Shown piece by piece: positions 14,801 to 30,392 of a DNA stretch of 64,000 nucleotides; position 1 is the stretch's first letter, and each line of letters begins with the position of its first letter. The notes beneath the pieces were generated by a model. That model was not told where the DNA came from. It was given only the letters and a program-made list of their open reading frames with translations, and did no database searches. Made by a program: the position numbers and the translations under genes. The stretch comes from the human T2T-CHM13v2.0 reference genome, Homo sapiens, in the NCBI RefSeq assembly GCF_009914755.1, contig NC_060945.1; one strand, 5' to 3'.

Positions 14801-16775
14801 CATTCCAGTCCACTCCACTCCATTCTGCTTCAATCCACTTCATTCCAGTCCACTTCATTCGACTCGACTCGATTCCATTCCAAACAATTTCATTCCGATC
14901 TATAACATTCCACTCCACCCAATTCCATTCCATTCCGTTCCAGTACACTCCATTCCACTTCATTCCACTCCCACTCCATTCCATTCCAATCCAATCCATT
15001 AAATTCCATTCTGTTCCGTTCCGTTCCATTCCGTCCCATTCCGTTCCGTTCAATTCCATTCCATTCCACTACACTCTATTACATTCAGTTACACTAAATT
15101 TCATTCCATTCCATTCCACTCATTTCCATTCCATTCTTTTGCACTCCATTCCATCCCATTCCACTCCAATCCATTCCATTCCATTCCACTCAATTCCATT
15201 CCATTCCATTCCATTCTGTTGCATTTCAGTCCTTTCCATTCCATTCCACTGAATTCCATTCCATTCCACTCCACTCCATTCCATTTCATTCCACTCCACT
15301 CCATTCCACGCCATTCCACTCCATTCCATTAAATTCCAATTCTTTCAATTCCACTCTATTCCATTCAATTCATTTCCTCTCCACTGTACTCCATTCCATT
15401 CCACTCCATTCCATTTCACTCCATTCCATTCCTCTCCATTCGGTGTCATTCCTTTGCACTCCATTCCATTCCATTCCATTCCATTCCACTCCATTCTATC
15501 TCAATCCACTCCCCTCCTTTACTTTCCATTCCACTACATTCCGTTCCATTCGATTCCATTCCTCTCCACTACATTCCATACAATTCCACTCTGATCCATT
15601 CCATTCCATTCCATTCCACTCCACTCAATTCCATTCTATTCCACAACATTCCACTCTTTCCATTCCCTTCCACTGAATTCCATTCCATTCCACTCCACAC
15701 CATTCCATTCCATTCCACTCCACTCTATTCCACAGCATTCCATTCCATCCCATTCCATTCCATTCAATTCGATTCCATTCCATTCCATTCCAGTCCATTC
15801 TGCTCCAGTCCACTCCATTCCATTCCATTCCATTCCACTCCATTCTGTGCCATTCCATTCCACACTATTCCATCCCACTCTATTCCATTCCGTTCTATTC
15901 TGCTCCAGTACATTCCACTCCACTCCACTCCACTCCAATCCACTCCACTCCATTCCATTGCATTCCATTCCATTCCATTACATTCAATTCCATTTAACTT
16001 AACCACCCTCCACTCCATCCCCGCCATTCTATTCCATTCCATTCCATTTCATTCCACTCCACTAAATTCCATTCCACTCCATTCCATTCCATTCGAGTCC
16101 ATTCCATTCCATTCCAGTCCATTCCATTCGAATCCATTCTATTCTATTCCACTCCATTCCATTCCACTCCACTCCACTCAATTCCATTCCACTACATCGT
16201 ATTGCATTCTGTTCCATTCTGTTCGATTCCACTCCGTTCCTGTCCATTCCACTCCACTCCATTCCATTTATTTCCATTCCACTCTATTAAACTCTAATCT
16301 GTGCCATTCCATTCCAAGCCATTCTGTTCCAGTACACTTGACTCCATTCCATTCCAGTCCACTCAACTCCATTTCATTCCACTCCATTCCATTCCACTCC
16401 ACTCCACTCCATTCCAATCCAGTACATTCCATTCCATTCCGTTCCATGCTGTTGTATTCCATTCCACCTCACTCCACTCCACTCCACTTCATTCCACTCC
16501 TTCCCATGCCATTCCATTCCACTCGATTCCATTCTATTCCATTCCATTCCACTCCACTCCACTCCACTCCATTCCATTACACTCCATTCAATTTCACTCC
16601 ATTCCATTCCACTCCATTCCATGCCATTCCATTCAAACCTATTCCATTCCACTATATTCCATTCTGTTCCATTCTGGTCCATTCCTTTCCACTTTACTCC
16701 AATCCACTCCACTCTATTGCATTCCATTGCATTCCATTAAATTCCATTCCATTTCATTACATTCAAATCCATTAA

Positions 16776-17322
<547 letters not shown>

Positions 17323-17334
17323 CCATTCCTTTTC
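17323..17334 (+). repeat. Alu target-site duplication, right copy (CCATTCCTTTTC)
   Basis: Identical to 17009-17020 and followed by ATTTCA. Confidence 0.9.
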
Positions 17335-20300
17335 ATTTCATTCTTTCTACTCCATTACATTCAATTCCACTCCATTCCATTACAATCCACTCAACACCAC
17401 TACATTCCACTCCATTGCCTTGCACTCCACTCCAGTCCATTCCCTTCCACTTCACTCCAATCCACTCCATTCCACTCCATTCCATTCCATAATATTCCAT
17501 TCAATTCCACTGTATTAAATTCAATTCCATACCTTTCCATTCCCTTCCATTCCATTCCATTCCACTCCATTCCATACACCTCCATTCCCCTCCAATCAAT
17601 TCCATTCCATTCCATTCCACTCCTGTCCAATCCATTACATTCCAATCCACTACATTCCAATCCATTCCACTCCACTCCTTTCCATTAAACTTCTCTCCAT
17701 TCCATTCCAGTCAACTCCACTCCATTCCACTCCAATACATTCCATTCCATTCCTTTCCATGCCCTCGCATTCCATTCCACTTCACTACAATCCACTCTAT
17801 TCCATGCCGTTCTTTCCACTCCGTTCCATTCTATTCCATTCCATTCCAGTTACTCCACTCCATTCCACTTCATTCCACTTCATTCCACTCCACTTCATTC
17901 CACTCGACTCGATTCCATTCCACTCAATTTCATTCTGATCTCTAACATTCCACAACACTCCATTTCAGTCCATTCCATTCGACTAAACTCCATTCCACTT
18001 CATTCCACTACATTCCATTCCAGTCCAATCCATTCAATTCCATTCTTTTCTATTCCTTTCCGTTCCATCCCGTCCCATTCCATTCCGTTCCATTCTATTC
18101 CATTCCATTCCACCACACTCTATTCCATTCCATTACACTAAATTTCATTCCATTACACTAAATTTCATTCCATTCCATTCCATTCATCTCCATTCCATTC
18201 TTTTGCACTCCATTCCATTCCATTCTTTTGTACTCCATTCCATTCCATTCCATTCCACTCAATTCCATTCCATTCCATTCAATTCCGTTGCATTCCATTC
18301 CCTTTCATTGCATTCCGCTGAATTCCATTCCCTACCACTCCACAACATTCCATTTCATTCCACTCCACTCCATTCCACGCCATTCTACTCCATTCCATTA
18401 AATTCCATTTTTTTCAATTCCACTGTATTCCATTCCTTTCCTTTCCTCGCCACTCTACTCCATTCCATTCCACTCCATTCCATTTCACTCTATTCCATTT
18501 CTCTCCATTCGGTGCCATTCCATTCCACTCCATTCCATTCCATTCCATTCCATTCCATTCCACTCCATTCCACTCCATTCTATTCCACCGCATTCCACTC
18601 CATTCTACCCCAATCCACTCCCCTCCTTTACTTTCTATTCCACTACATTCCGTTCCATTCTATTCCATTCCACTCCACTCCATTCCGTACAATTCCACTC
18701 CGATCCATTCCATTCCATTCCATTCCACTCCATTGCATTCCATTCCAATCCACAGAATTCCACTCATTTGCATTCCTTTCCACTGAATTCCATTCCATTC
18801 CACTCCACACCATTCCATTCTATTTCACTCCTGACCATTCCCCACCATTCCATTCCTTCCCATCCCCTTCCATTCCATACCATTCCATTCCAATCCATTC
18901 CTCTCCAGTCCAGTCCATTCCATTCCACTCCATTCCATTCCACTACATTCTGTGCCATTCCATTCTACACCATTCCGTTCCACTCCATTCCATTCCATTA
19001 TATTCTGGTCCAGTACATTCCACTCCACTCCACTCCACTCCACTCCATTGCATTCCATTCCATTCCATTAAATTCCTTCCATTCCATTACATTGAATTCC
19101 ATTCCACTTAACCACCCTCCATTCCATCCCCTCCATTGTATTCCACTCCATTCCATTCCTTTCCACTCCTCTCAATTCCATTCCACTCTACTGCACTCCA
19201 TTCCATTCCATTCCACTTCATTCCATTCTATTCTCTTCCATGCTGTTGTATTCCATTCCACCTCACTCCACTCCACTCCACTTCATTCCCCTCCTTTCCA
19301 TGTCATTCCATTCCAATCCAATCCATTCTATTCCATTCCATTCCCCTCCACTCCACTCCATTGCATTCCGTTCCACTCCATTCAATTTCACTCCATTCCA
19401 TTCCACTCCATTCCATTCCATTCCAATCAACTCCATTCCATTCCACTATATTCCATTCTGTTCCATTCTGGTCCATTCCCTTCCACTTCACTCCAATCCA
19501 CTCCATTCAATTGCATTCCATTGCATTCCATTAAATTCCATTCCATTCCATTACATTCAACTCCATTACAATCGGCCGCCCTCCACTCCACTCCACTCCC
19601 TTCCATTCCATTCCACTCCACTCCATTCCACTCCACTCCATTCCACTCCATCGTACTCAATTCCATTCCACTCCACTGACCTTTTTTACATTACGTTCCA
19701 CTGCATTCCATTCCACTCCATTTCTTTCCATTGCACTCCACTCCATTCATTTCCATTCCATTCCACTCCATTCCATTCTTTTCCATTCCATTCCATTCCA
19801 TTCCTTTGAATTCCATTGCATTCCTGTCCACTCTATTGCATTCCATTCCACTCCACTCCTTTTCATTCCGTTCCATTCCACTCCTTTCCATTCTATTCTA
19901 TTCCATTCCACTCCACTCTACTCCATTCCATTCCATTCCATTCCATTCCATTCCATTCCATTCCATTCCTTTTCATTTCATTGTTTCCACTCAATGACAT
20001 TCAATTCCACTCCATTCCATTACAATCCACTCAACACCGCTACATTCCACTCCATTGCATTACACTCCACTCCATTCCATTCCATTTCACTCCACTCCCA
20101 TCCACTCCATTCCACTCCATTACATTCCGTAGCATTCCATTCAATTCCACTGTATTAAATTCAATTCCTTACCTTTCCACTCCCTTCCATTCCATTCCAT
20201 TCCACTCCATTGCATACTCCTCCATTCCCCTCCAATCCATTCCATTCCATTCCATTTCACTCCTATCCAATCCGTTACATTCCAATCCACTCCATTCCAT

Positions 20301-20940
20301 TCCATTCCATTCCACTCCACTCCTTTCCATTCCACTTCTCTCCATTCCATTCTCCTCCATTCCATTCCAGTCCACTCCACTCCATTCCACTCCAATACAT
20401 TCCATTCCATTCCGTTCCATGCCCTTGCATTCCATTCCACTTCACTACACTACACTCCGTTCCATTCCACTCTATTCTATGCCATTCCTTTCCCCTCCGT
20501 TCCATTCTATTCCATTCCATTACACTCCACTCCACTCCATTCCATTCAAATCCGCTCCTGTCCACTCCATTCCTTTCCACTCCATTGAATGCCATTCCAT
20601 TCCACTCCATTCCATTTAATTCCGTTCCATTCCATTCCACTCTAATCCATTCCACTCCACTCTATTGTATTCCATTCCATTCCATTAAATTCCTTTCCAT
20701 TCCATTACATTCAATTCCGTTCCACTCGACAGCCCTTCACTCCACTCCATTCCATTCCATTCCATTCCATTCCATTCCATTCCATTCCACCACACCCCTT
20801 TCCAGTCAATTCCACCCTACTCAATTCCTCTCGTCTGAACTCCATTCCATTCCACTCCATTCCATTCCACTCCAATCCATTCCATTCCAGTCAATTCCAT
20901 TCCATTCCACTCCACTCCATTCCATTCCATTCCATTCCAT

Positions 20941-21230
20941 TCCATTCCATTCCACTCCTTTCCATTCCATTCCATTCCGTTCCATTCCATTCCACTCCAC
21001 TGCATTCCAGTCTGTTCCACTCCATGCCATTCCACTCCAATTCACTCCATTCCATACCATTGCATTCCTTTCCATTCCATACCATTCCATTCCATTCCAC
21101 TCCTTTCCCTTCCATTCCATTCCGTTCCATTCCATTCCACTCCACTGCATTCCAGTCTGTTCCACTCCATTCCATTCCACTCCAATTCACTCCATTCCAT
21201 ACCATTGCATTCCTTTCCATTCCATTCCAT
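20941..21230 (+). repeat. 145-bp tandem duplication
   Basis: TGCATTCCAGTCTGTTCCACTCCAT at 21001 and 21146. TCCAATTCACTCCATTCCATACCATTGCATTCCTTTCC repeats at the same offset. Confidence 0.88.
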
Positions 21231-22780
21231 TCCATTCCTTTCCGCTCCACTCCATTCCAGTCCATTCGACACCATTCCATTCCATTCCATTCCATTGAAT
21301 TCCATTCTATTCCACTCCTCTCCCTTCCATTCCATTCCACTTCTCTCCATTCTCTCCATTCCATTCCATTCCATTACATTACATTCAAATACAATCCAAT
21401 TGAACCTTCTCCACTCCACTCCACTCCATTCCACTCCATTCCATTCCATTCAAATCCACTCAACACTCCATTCAAATCCATTCCATTCCACTCCCTTAAA
21501 TTCCACTGCACTCAATTCCTCTTTATTCCACTTCAATCTATTAAATCCCAATCCTTTCCACCCCAGTCCATTCCATTCCATTCTGTTCCACTCCATTCCA
21601 CTCCAGTCCACTCCATTCCACTGCATTCCATTCGACTCCATTCCATTCCATTCCTTTCCATTCCATTCCATTCCATTCCACTCCATCCCATTCCACTCCA
21701 TTCAATTCCACTCCATTCCATTGTGGTCCATTCTATTCCACTCCACTTCCCTACACTCCACTGCATTCCATTAAATTGCATTCCTTTGCATTCCATTCCA
21801 TTCAATTTCATTCCATTTGACCACACTCCAATCCACTCCACTACACTGCACTCTATTCCATTCCATTCCATTCCATTCCATTCCACTGCAATCCATTCCT
21901 TTCCAATACTGTCAATTACATTCTATTCCATTCCATTCCATTCCATTCCATTGCATTCCACTCCAATCCACGCTATTGCATTCCATTACATTACTTTCCA
22001 TTCAATTACACCCCACTTCGTTCTGTTCATTGCACTCCACTCAATTCCATTCTACTCCACTCCATTCCATTCCATTCCATTCCACTCCACTCCACACCGA
22101 TCCATTCCATTCCACTCTACTCCATTCTCTCCATTCTATTCCACTCCACTCCACTCTGTGTCATTCTACACGATTTCGTTCCACTTCATTTCAATCCATT
22201 CCTTACCATTCCATTACACTCCATTCCATTCCATTCCATTCCATTCCAATCCACTCCACTCAGTTCCATTCCATTGCTCTCCACTCCATTCCATTCAGTT
22301 ACATTCCATTCTTTCCACTGTCCTTCCACTCGACCCCACTCCACTACACTACACTCCATTCCGTCACAATCCACTCCACTACATTCCACTCCATTCCTTT
22401 CCACTCCACTCCCCTTGTCTCCATTCCATTCCATTCCATTCCATTGCATTCCATTCTGTTCCATTCCATTCCACTCCACTTCCCTCCATTCTATACCATT
22501 GCATTCCATTCCATTCCATTCCATTCCATTCCATTCCATTCCATTCCACTCCATGCGATTCCATTGCATTCCATTCCACTCCACTTCATTCCAGTGCATT
22601 CCGCTCCGTTCCATTCCATTCCATTCCATAGAATTCCATTCTATTCCACTCCACTCCATTCCATTCCATTCCATTCCACTCCACTCCACTCCATTCCACT
22701 CCATTCCATTCCATTCCATTCCAGTCCTCTTTATCCCTCTCCACTCCACTCCCCTCCATTACACTCCATTTCATTCCTTT

Positions 22781-22996
22781 CCAATCCACTCCACACAATT
22801 CCATTCAACTCCCTTAAATTCCACTACTCGATTCCACTCTATTAACCGCCAATCCATTAAATTATATTCCTTTCCACTCCAATCGATTCCATTCCATTCC
22901 AATCCACTCCACACAACTCCATTCAACTTCCTTAAACTCCACTACTTGATTCCACTCTATTTCCCTCCAATCCATTAAATTACATTCCTTTCCACA
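22781..22996 (+). repeat. 118-bp diverged tandem duplication
   Basis: CCAATCCACTCCACACAA at 22781/22899 and CCAATCCATTAAATTA at 22849/22967. Confidence 0.85.
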
Positions 22997-25900
22997 CTGA
23001 TCCATTCCATTCTATTCCATTCCACTTCACTCTATTCCACTCCATTCCATTCCACTCCACTCCACTCCATTCCACTGCATTCCATTCTACTCCATTCCAT
23101 TCCATTCCTTACTACTCCATGCCATTACACTCCATTCCATTCCATTACTGTCCATTCTATTACACTCCACTCCCTTCCACTCCACTGCATTCTATTCCGT
23201 TGCATTCCATTCAATTCCTTTTCATTCCTTTCAATTTCATTTTAGTCGACCGCACTCCACTCCACTCCACTGCCTTCCATTCCATTCTTGTCCATTCCAC
23301 TCTTTTCTTTTCCACTCCTTTCCATTACATCCCATTTCACTCCGTTCCAATCCACTCCACTCCACTGCATTCCACTTCATTCGATTCCACTCTTCTTCCC
23401 TCCTCTCCATTCCATTCCATTCCATTCCATTCCATTCCATTCCATTCCACTCCATTCCGTTCTATTCCAATTCACTCCATTCCACTCTATTTCGCCCAAC
23501 TGGATTCCATTCCATTACATTACGTTTCCTTCCATTCCATTCCACCACACTCCTATCCACTCCATTCCCCTCCACTGAACTACTCTCGATTGCAGTCCAT
23601 TCCATTCCATTCCCTTCCATTCTATTTCAGTCCACTGCATTCCATTCCCTTCCACTACATTCCATTCCATTCCACTCCTTTCCATTCCACTGCATTCCAA
23701 GATATTGCATTCTGTTCCATTCCATTCCATTCAATTACACCTCACTTCATTCTGTGCATTCCACTCCACTCCATTCCACTCCATTCCATTCCTCTCCACT
23801 CCAATCCATTCCATTCCAGTCCACTCCACTCCATCCCATTCCAGTCTGTTCCATTCCACTCTACTCCACACCATTCCATTCCATTCAACTACACCCCGTG
23901 CCACTCCATTCCTTTCAAATCCTCTCCATTCCATGCCATTCCACACCATTCCATTCCACTCCATTCCAATCCATTCCTTACCATTCCATTCCACTCCATT
24001 CCATTCCATTCCAATCCACGCCACTGAATTACATTTCATTCCACTCCACTCCATTCCATTCCATTCTATTTCATTCCATTCCATTCCATTTCATTCCATT
24101 CCATTCCATCCCATTCCATTCTTCTCCAATCAGTTCAATTCCACTACAACCCACTCCATTCCTTTCCATTCCATTCCATTTCATTTTATTCCATTCCATT
24201 CCTTTCCATTCCTTTCCACTCCATTCCTTGCCATTCAACTCCGTTCCATTCCAATCCACTCCACTCTACTACATTCCACTCCATTCCTTTCAGCTCCACT
24301 CCCATCGTCTGCATTTCATTCCATTCCATTGCATTCCATTCTATTCCTTTCCATTCCATTCCATTCCACTCCACTCCACTCCATTCCACTCCAGTCCGCT
24401 CCATTCCACTCCACTCCTTTCCATTCCATTCCATTCCACTCCACTCGACTCTACTAGACCCCAATCCATTCCATTCCCAAACATTCCATTTCATTCCACT
24501 GTGTTCCAATTGATTCCATTCCATTTGATTCTATTCCATTCCATTCCATTCCATTCGACTCCATTCCATTCCATTCCATTCCACTCTTCTCCACTCCACT
24601 CCATTCCCCTCCATTCCATTCCAAAACATTCCATTTCATTGCATTGCATTCCATTTGATTCAATTCCATTTGATTCTATTCCATTCCATTCCCCTCGATT
24701 CCATTGATTCCACTCCATTCCATTTCATTCCACTCTATTCCATTCCATTCCATTCCACTCCATTCCATTCCACTCCACTGCATTCCATACCACTGCATTC
24801 CACTCCACTCCATTCCATTACTTTCCATTCCATTCCATTCCTCTCCAATCCGTTCCATTCCATTCCACTCCACTCAATTTCACTACATTAAATTCCAGTC
24901 CAATCAACTACATTCCATTCCAGTCCATTCCATTCCAATACACTCCCCTCGTTTTCCTTCCATTCCATTCCATTCCATTCCAATCCACTCCATTCCATTC
25001 CATTCCACTCCACTCCATTCCATTCCATAAACTACATTCCATTCCACTCCATTCCATTCCATTCCATTCCACTCCACTCCATTCCATTCCATTAAACTAC
25101 ACTCCATGCCACTCCATTCTATTCTACTCCACCCTACTCCACTCCATTCCATACCACTCCATTCCATCCCACTCAATTCCATTCCACTCCACTACATTCA
25201 GTTCCATTCAATTCCATTCCACTCCACTCCATTCCATTCCATTCCACTCCACTCCTTTCCGTTGCATTCCATTCCCTTCCATGCCTTTCCATTCCATTCC
25301 ACTCCAATCAATTCCATTCCACTCCACTACCTTCCATTCCTATCCACTCCATTCCATTGAATTGTATTCCCTTCCATTCCTTTCCATTTGATTCCACTTC
25401 CTTCCACTCCACTCCATTCCATTCTTCTCTACTGGACCCCAACCCACTCGATTCCATTCCATTCCGTTACATTCTATTCCACTCCACTCTATTCCATCCA
25501 ACTCCACCTCACTCCATTCCGTTCCATTACATTACATTCCATTCTTTCCATACCATTCCACTCCATTCCTTTCCACTCCTTTCCATAACTTTCCACTACT
25601 TTCCATTCCAATCCCCACCACTCAACTACATTCTATTCCATTCCATTCCACTCTAATACCCTCAACTCCGTTAAATTCCATTCCATTCCACTCCATTCCT
25701 TTCCATTCCCATCCACTCGACCCCACTCCAGTGCACTCCATTCCATTCCATTCCATTCCACTCCTCTCAACTCCATTTCACTCCATTCCATTCCAATCCA
25801 CTCACCTCCTTTCCAATCTATTCCATTCCACTCCTCTCAACTCCATTCCACTCCATTCCTTTCCAACCTATTCCATTCCACTCCACTCCATTCCACTCCA

Positions 25901-27825
25901 TTCCACTCCAATCAATTCCAGTAGATTACATTACACTAGAATGCATTCCATTCCATTCCACTCTACTACATTCAACTCCATTGCATTCCACTAAATTCCT
26001 ATGCAGTCCACTCCATTCCTTTCCACTCCACTCCACTCCATTCCACTCCTTTCCATTCCACACCATTACATGTTATTCCACTCCACTCATTCCTTTCCAC
26101 TCCATTACATTCAATTCCTTTCCAGTCCATTCCATTCTACTCCACTCCAGTCCACTCTTCTCCATAGCATTCTATTCTATTCCATTCCATTCCATTCCTA
26201 TCCTTTCCTTTCCATTCCACTCCATTCCATTCCATTTCATTCCATTCCTTTCAATTCCATCCCTCTCTACCCGTCTCCACTCCATTCCACTCTACTCCAT
26301 TCCCATACCATTGAATTCCATTCCTTTTCATTGCATTCCTTTCCATTCGATTCCATTTTGTTCCATTCAAGTCCATTCAATTCTATGCCATTCCATTCCA
26401 TTCGAGTCCATTCCATTCCAGTCCATTCCATTCCATTCAATTCCATTCCATTTCATTCCACTCCATTCCATTCGAATCCATTGCATTCCAATCCATTCCC
26501 TTCCATTTCTTTCCAATCTATTCCATTCCATTCCATTTGATTCCATTCCATTCCTTTCCTTTCGATTCCATTCCATTGATTCCATTCCATTCCATTCCAC
26601 TCCATTCGTTTGCATTCCATTCGAATCGATTCCGTGTAATTCCTTTCCATTCCATTCCATTCCAATCGATATCATTCCATTCCAGTCTTTTCCGTTCTAG
26701 TCAATTGCATTCCAGTCCATTCTATTTGATTCCTTTCCATTCAATTCCATTCCATTCGATTGCATTCCATTGGAGTCCATTCCAATGGAGTCCATTATAT
26801 TCGAATCCATTCCATTCCATTCCATTCCTCTCCAGTACATTCCAGTCCATTATATTTAAGTCCAATCCATTTTAGTCCATTCCATTCGAGTCCATTCCAT
26901 TCGAGTTTATTCCATTCTTGTCCATTTATTTAGTCCATTCGTTTTCATTGTATTCCTTTCCTTTCCATTCTACTATTTTGTATTCCATTCAATTCCATTC
27001 CCTTTGATTCCATTCCATGCCATTCCATTCCATTCAAATCCATTTCATATCATTCCATTTCTTTCCATTCCATGTAATTCCATTCCATGTCATTCCTTTC
27101 TATTCCATTCCATTCCATTGCATTCAATTCAATTCCGTTCCATTCCAGACCGTTCCATTCCAATACGCTCAATTAGAGTCCAATCCATTCGATTCCATTC
27201 CTTTTGATTCCATTCCATTCGATTCCATTCAATTCGTGTCCTTTTCATTCCTGTCCATTACTTTCTGGTCCATTCCAATCCAATCCAGTCCAATCCATTC
27301 CACTCGATTCCTTTCGATTTGCGTTGCATTTCATTCCATTTCACTCTCTTAAATTCTATTTCATTCAAGACTGTTTCATTTCAATTTATTCTTTTCGATA
27401 ATATTGCATTGATTCCATTCCATTTGATTCCATTTCATTCGAGTCTATTCCATTCCATTCCATTCCATTCCATTCAATTCCAATTCATTCGAGTACATTC
27501 CATTCCATTCCATTCCATGCCATGCCATTCCTTTCCATTCTAGTTCATTCCATTCCATTCAATTCCGTTCCATTTCATTCCTTTCCATTCATCTGGAATC
27601 CATTGCATTCCATTCCATTTGTTTCCATTCCACTCCATTGTATTCCATTGTATTGCATTCCATTCCATTAAATTCAAGACTTTTCCATTCCAGTTCATTC
27701 CATTCGTGGCCATTCAATTTGATTCCATTCCATTAGATTCCATTCCGTATGATTCCATTCCTTTCGATTACATTCAATTGGAGTCCAATCCATTTAAGTC
27801 AGTTACTTTCAAGTCGATTCTATTC

Positions 27826-27840
27826 ATTCGAGAACATTCG
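27826..27840. promoter_or_regulatory. Perfect three-unit heat-shock element motif (aTTCg aGAAc aTTCg)
   Basis: Matches nTTCnnGAAnnTTCn exactly. Motif only; binding is not demonstrated. Confidence 0.35.
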
Positions 27841-30377
27841 ATTCCATTCCATTTGTTTATATTCGAATCCATTCAATTCAATTCAATTCAATTTGATTCC
27901 ATTCCATTCCAGACCATTCCATTCTTGTCCATTCCTTTTGAGTCCATTCAATTCCCCTTTATTCGATTCAATCCCATGCGATTCCAGTCCTTTCAATTGC
28001 ATTCAATTAGAGTCCATTCCATTGGAGACCATTATATTTGAGTCCATAGCATTGGAGACCATTCGAGTCCATTCCATTAGAATCCATTCGATTCCATTCC
28101 ATTTAATATGAATCCATTCCATTCGAATCCATGCCATTCGAGTCCATTTCATTGGAATCCATTCCATTCCAGTGCGTTTCATTCCAGTGAATTCCATTCA
28201 ATTCCAGTCTATTCCATTTAATTCCTTTCCATTCGATTCCATTCCGTTCGATTTCATTTCATTTTATTGCATTCCATTCGAGATCGTTCCATTCTAGCCC
28301 ATTCCTTTCGAGTCCATTCCATTCCATTCGATTCCATTCCTTTCATTTGCATTCCTTTTGAGTGCATTCCATTCGAGTCCATTCCATGTGAGTCCATTCC
28401 ATTGCAGTCCATTCCCTTCCTGTCCTTGCCATTCCATTCCACTCCATTCAGTTACATTGCATTCGATTCCATTCCATTCGATTGCATTCCATTCGAATCC
28501 GTTCCGTGGAGACCATTCCTTTCGTTTCAACTGCATTGCAAACAATTTGAATCCATTCCATTCGAATCCATTCCATTCGATTCCATTCCTCTTGAATCCA
28601 TTCTATGCCATCCCATTCCATTCCATTAGATTTTACTCCATTCCTTTTCATTCCATTCCATTCCATTTCATTCCATTTCAATCCATTCCAGTCTTTCCAT
28701 TCCATTCCATTCTATTCCATTCCATTCAAGACAGATCCATTCGGATTCATTCAAGTCGATTTCACTCCATTCGATTCCATTGCATTAAATTCCATTCCTT
28801 TAGCTTCCATTCCGTTCGATTCCATACCATTCCATTCTATTCCTTTTCATTCCATATGATTCCACTCAATTTCAGTACATTCTATTCGAATCATTTGTAT
28901 TCCATTCCAATCAATTCAATTACATTTCATTCCATTCTATTCCATTCCATTCCGTTTCATTCCATTGCCTTCCATTCCACTCGAATCCATTCCATTTCCT
29001 TCCATTGCATTCCATTCAATTCCAATCCATTCTATTACCTTCCATTCCATGCCATTCCATTCCGTTCGAATCCTTTCCATTCCATTCCATTCCACTCCAT
29101 TCAATTCCATTCCATTTCATTCCAATCCTTTCCATACGAATCCATTGCTTTCCATTCCATTCCATTTCATTTGTTTCCATTCCAATCCATTCGATTACAT
29201 TTGATTCCATTCCATACCATTCCATTCATTTCCTTTTGATTCCATTCCATTTGATTCTATTTCATTCCATTCCATTCCACTCCACTCAATTCCATTCCAT
29301 TCAATTCAATTCCATTTCATTCCATTCCATTCAATTCTATTCGAAACCATTCCATTTGGGTCCATTCCATTCGAGTACATTGCATTCCAATCCATTACAT
29401 TCGACTCCATTCCATTCGATTCCATTCCATTCCATTTTATTTCATTCCATTGCAGTCCATTCCAATGGAGTCCATTACATTCGAGTCCATTTTATTCCAT
29501 TTTTTTCCATTCCATTCCAATCCATTCTATTCCTTTCCATTCGAGTATGTTACATTGCAGTCCATTACATTCAACTGCATTGCATTCCATTCAATTCGAG
29601 TCCATTCAATTCGAATCCATTCCATTCGAATCCATTCCATTCTAGTCCATTCCATTCCATTGCATTACATGCGACTCTATTCCATTCCATTCCATTCCAA
29701 TACATTGCATTTGATACCATCCATTCCAGTCCATTCTGTTCGAATCATTTCCATTCCATTCCATTCCATTAGATTCTATTCCATTCGATTCCATACCCTT
29801 CAATGTCATTCCATGCCATTCCATTCTATTTGATTCCATTCTATTCGATTCCATTCCATTCCATTCCATTTCTTTCCATTCCATTCGATTCCATTCCATT
29901 CCATTTGAGACCATTCCATTCGAATCTATTCAATTCGAGTCCATTCCATTCTGTTTGATTCTATCCCATGCCATTCCATACTATTCGACTCCATTCCATT
30001 CCATTGCGTTGTATTCCATTGCATTCCAATCCATTCGAGTACATTCCATTCCATTCCACTCCATGCCATGCCATTCCATTCCATTCGAGTGCATTCCATG
30101 CCATTCCATTCCTTTCCATTCAACTCGAATCCATTGCATTCCATTCAATTACATTCCATTCGTTTCCATTCCATTCCTTTCCATTCCTTTGTAGTCCATT
30201 CCATACCATTCCATTTCATTCTATTTTAGACTATTGCATTCCAGTTCTTTCAATTCCTGTCCATTTGATTCGACTCTATTCCATCAGATTACATTCCATT
30301 CGATTTTATTCCGTTCAATTCCATTGCATTCGAGTCCATTCTATTCGAGTCCATTACATTCGATTCGATTCTATTCC

Positions 30378-30392
30378 ATTCCAGAACATTCT
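30378..30392. promoter_or_regulatory. Perfect three-unit heat-shock element motif (aTTCc aGAAc aTTCt)
   Basis: Matches nTTCnnGAAnnTTCn exactly. Motif only. Confidence 0.35.
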
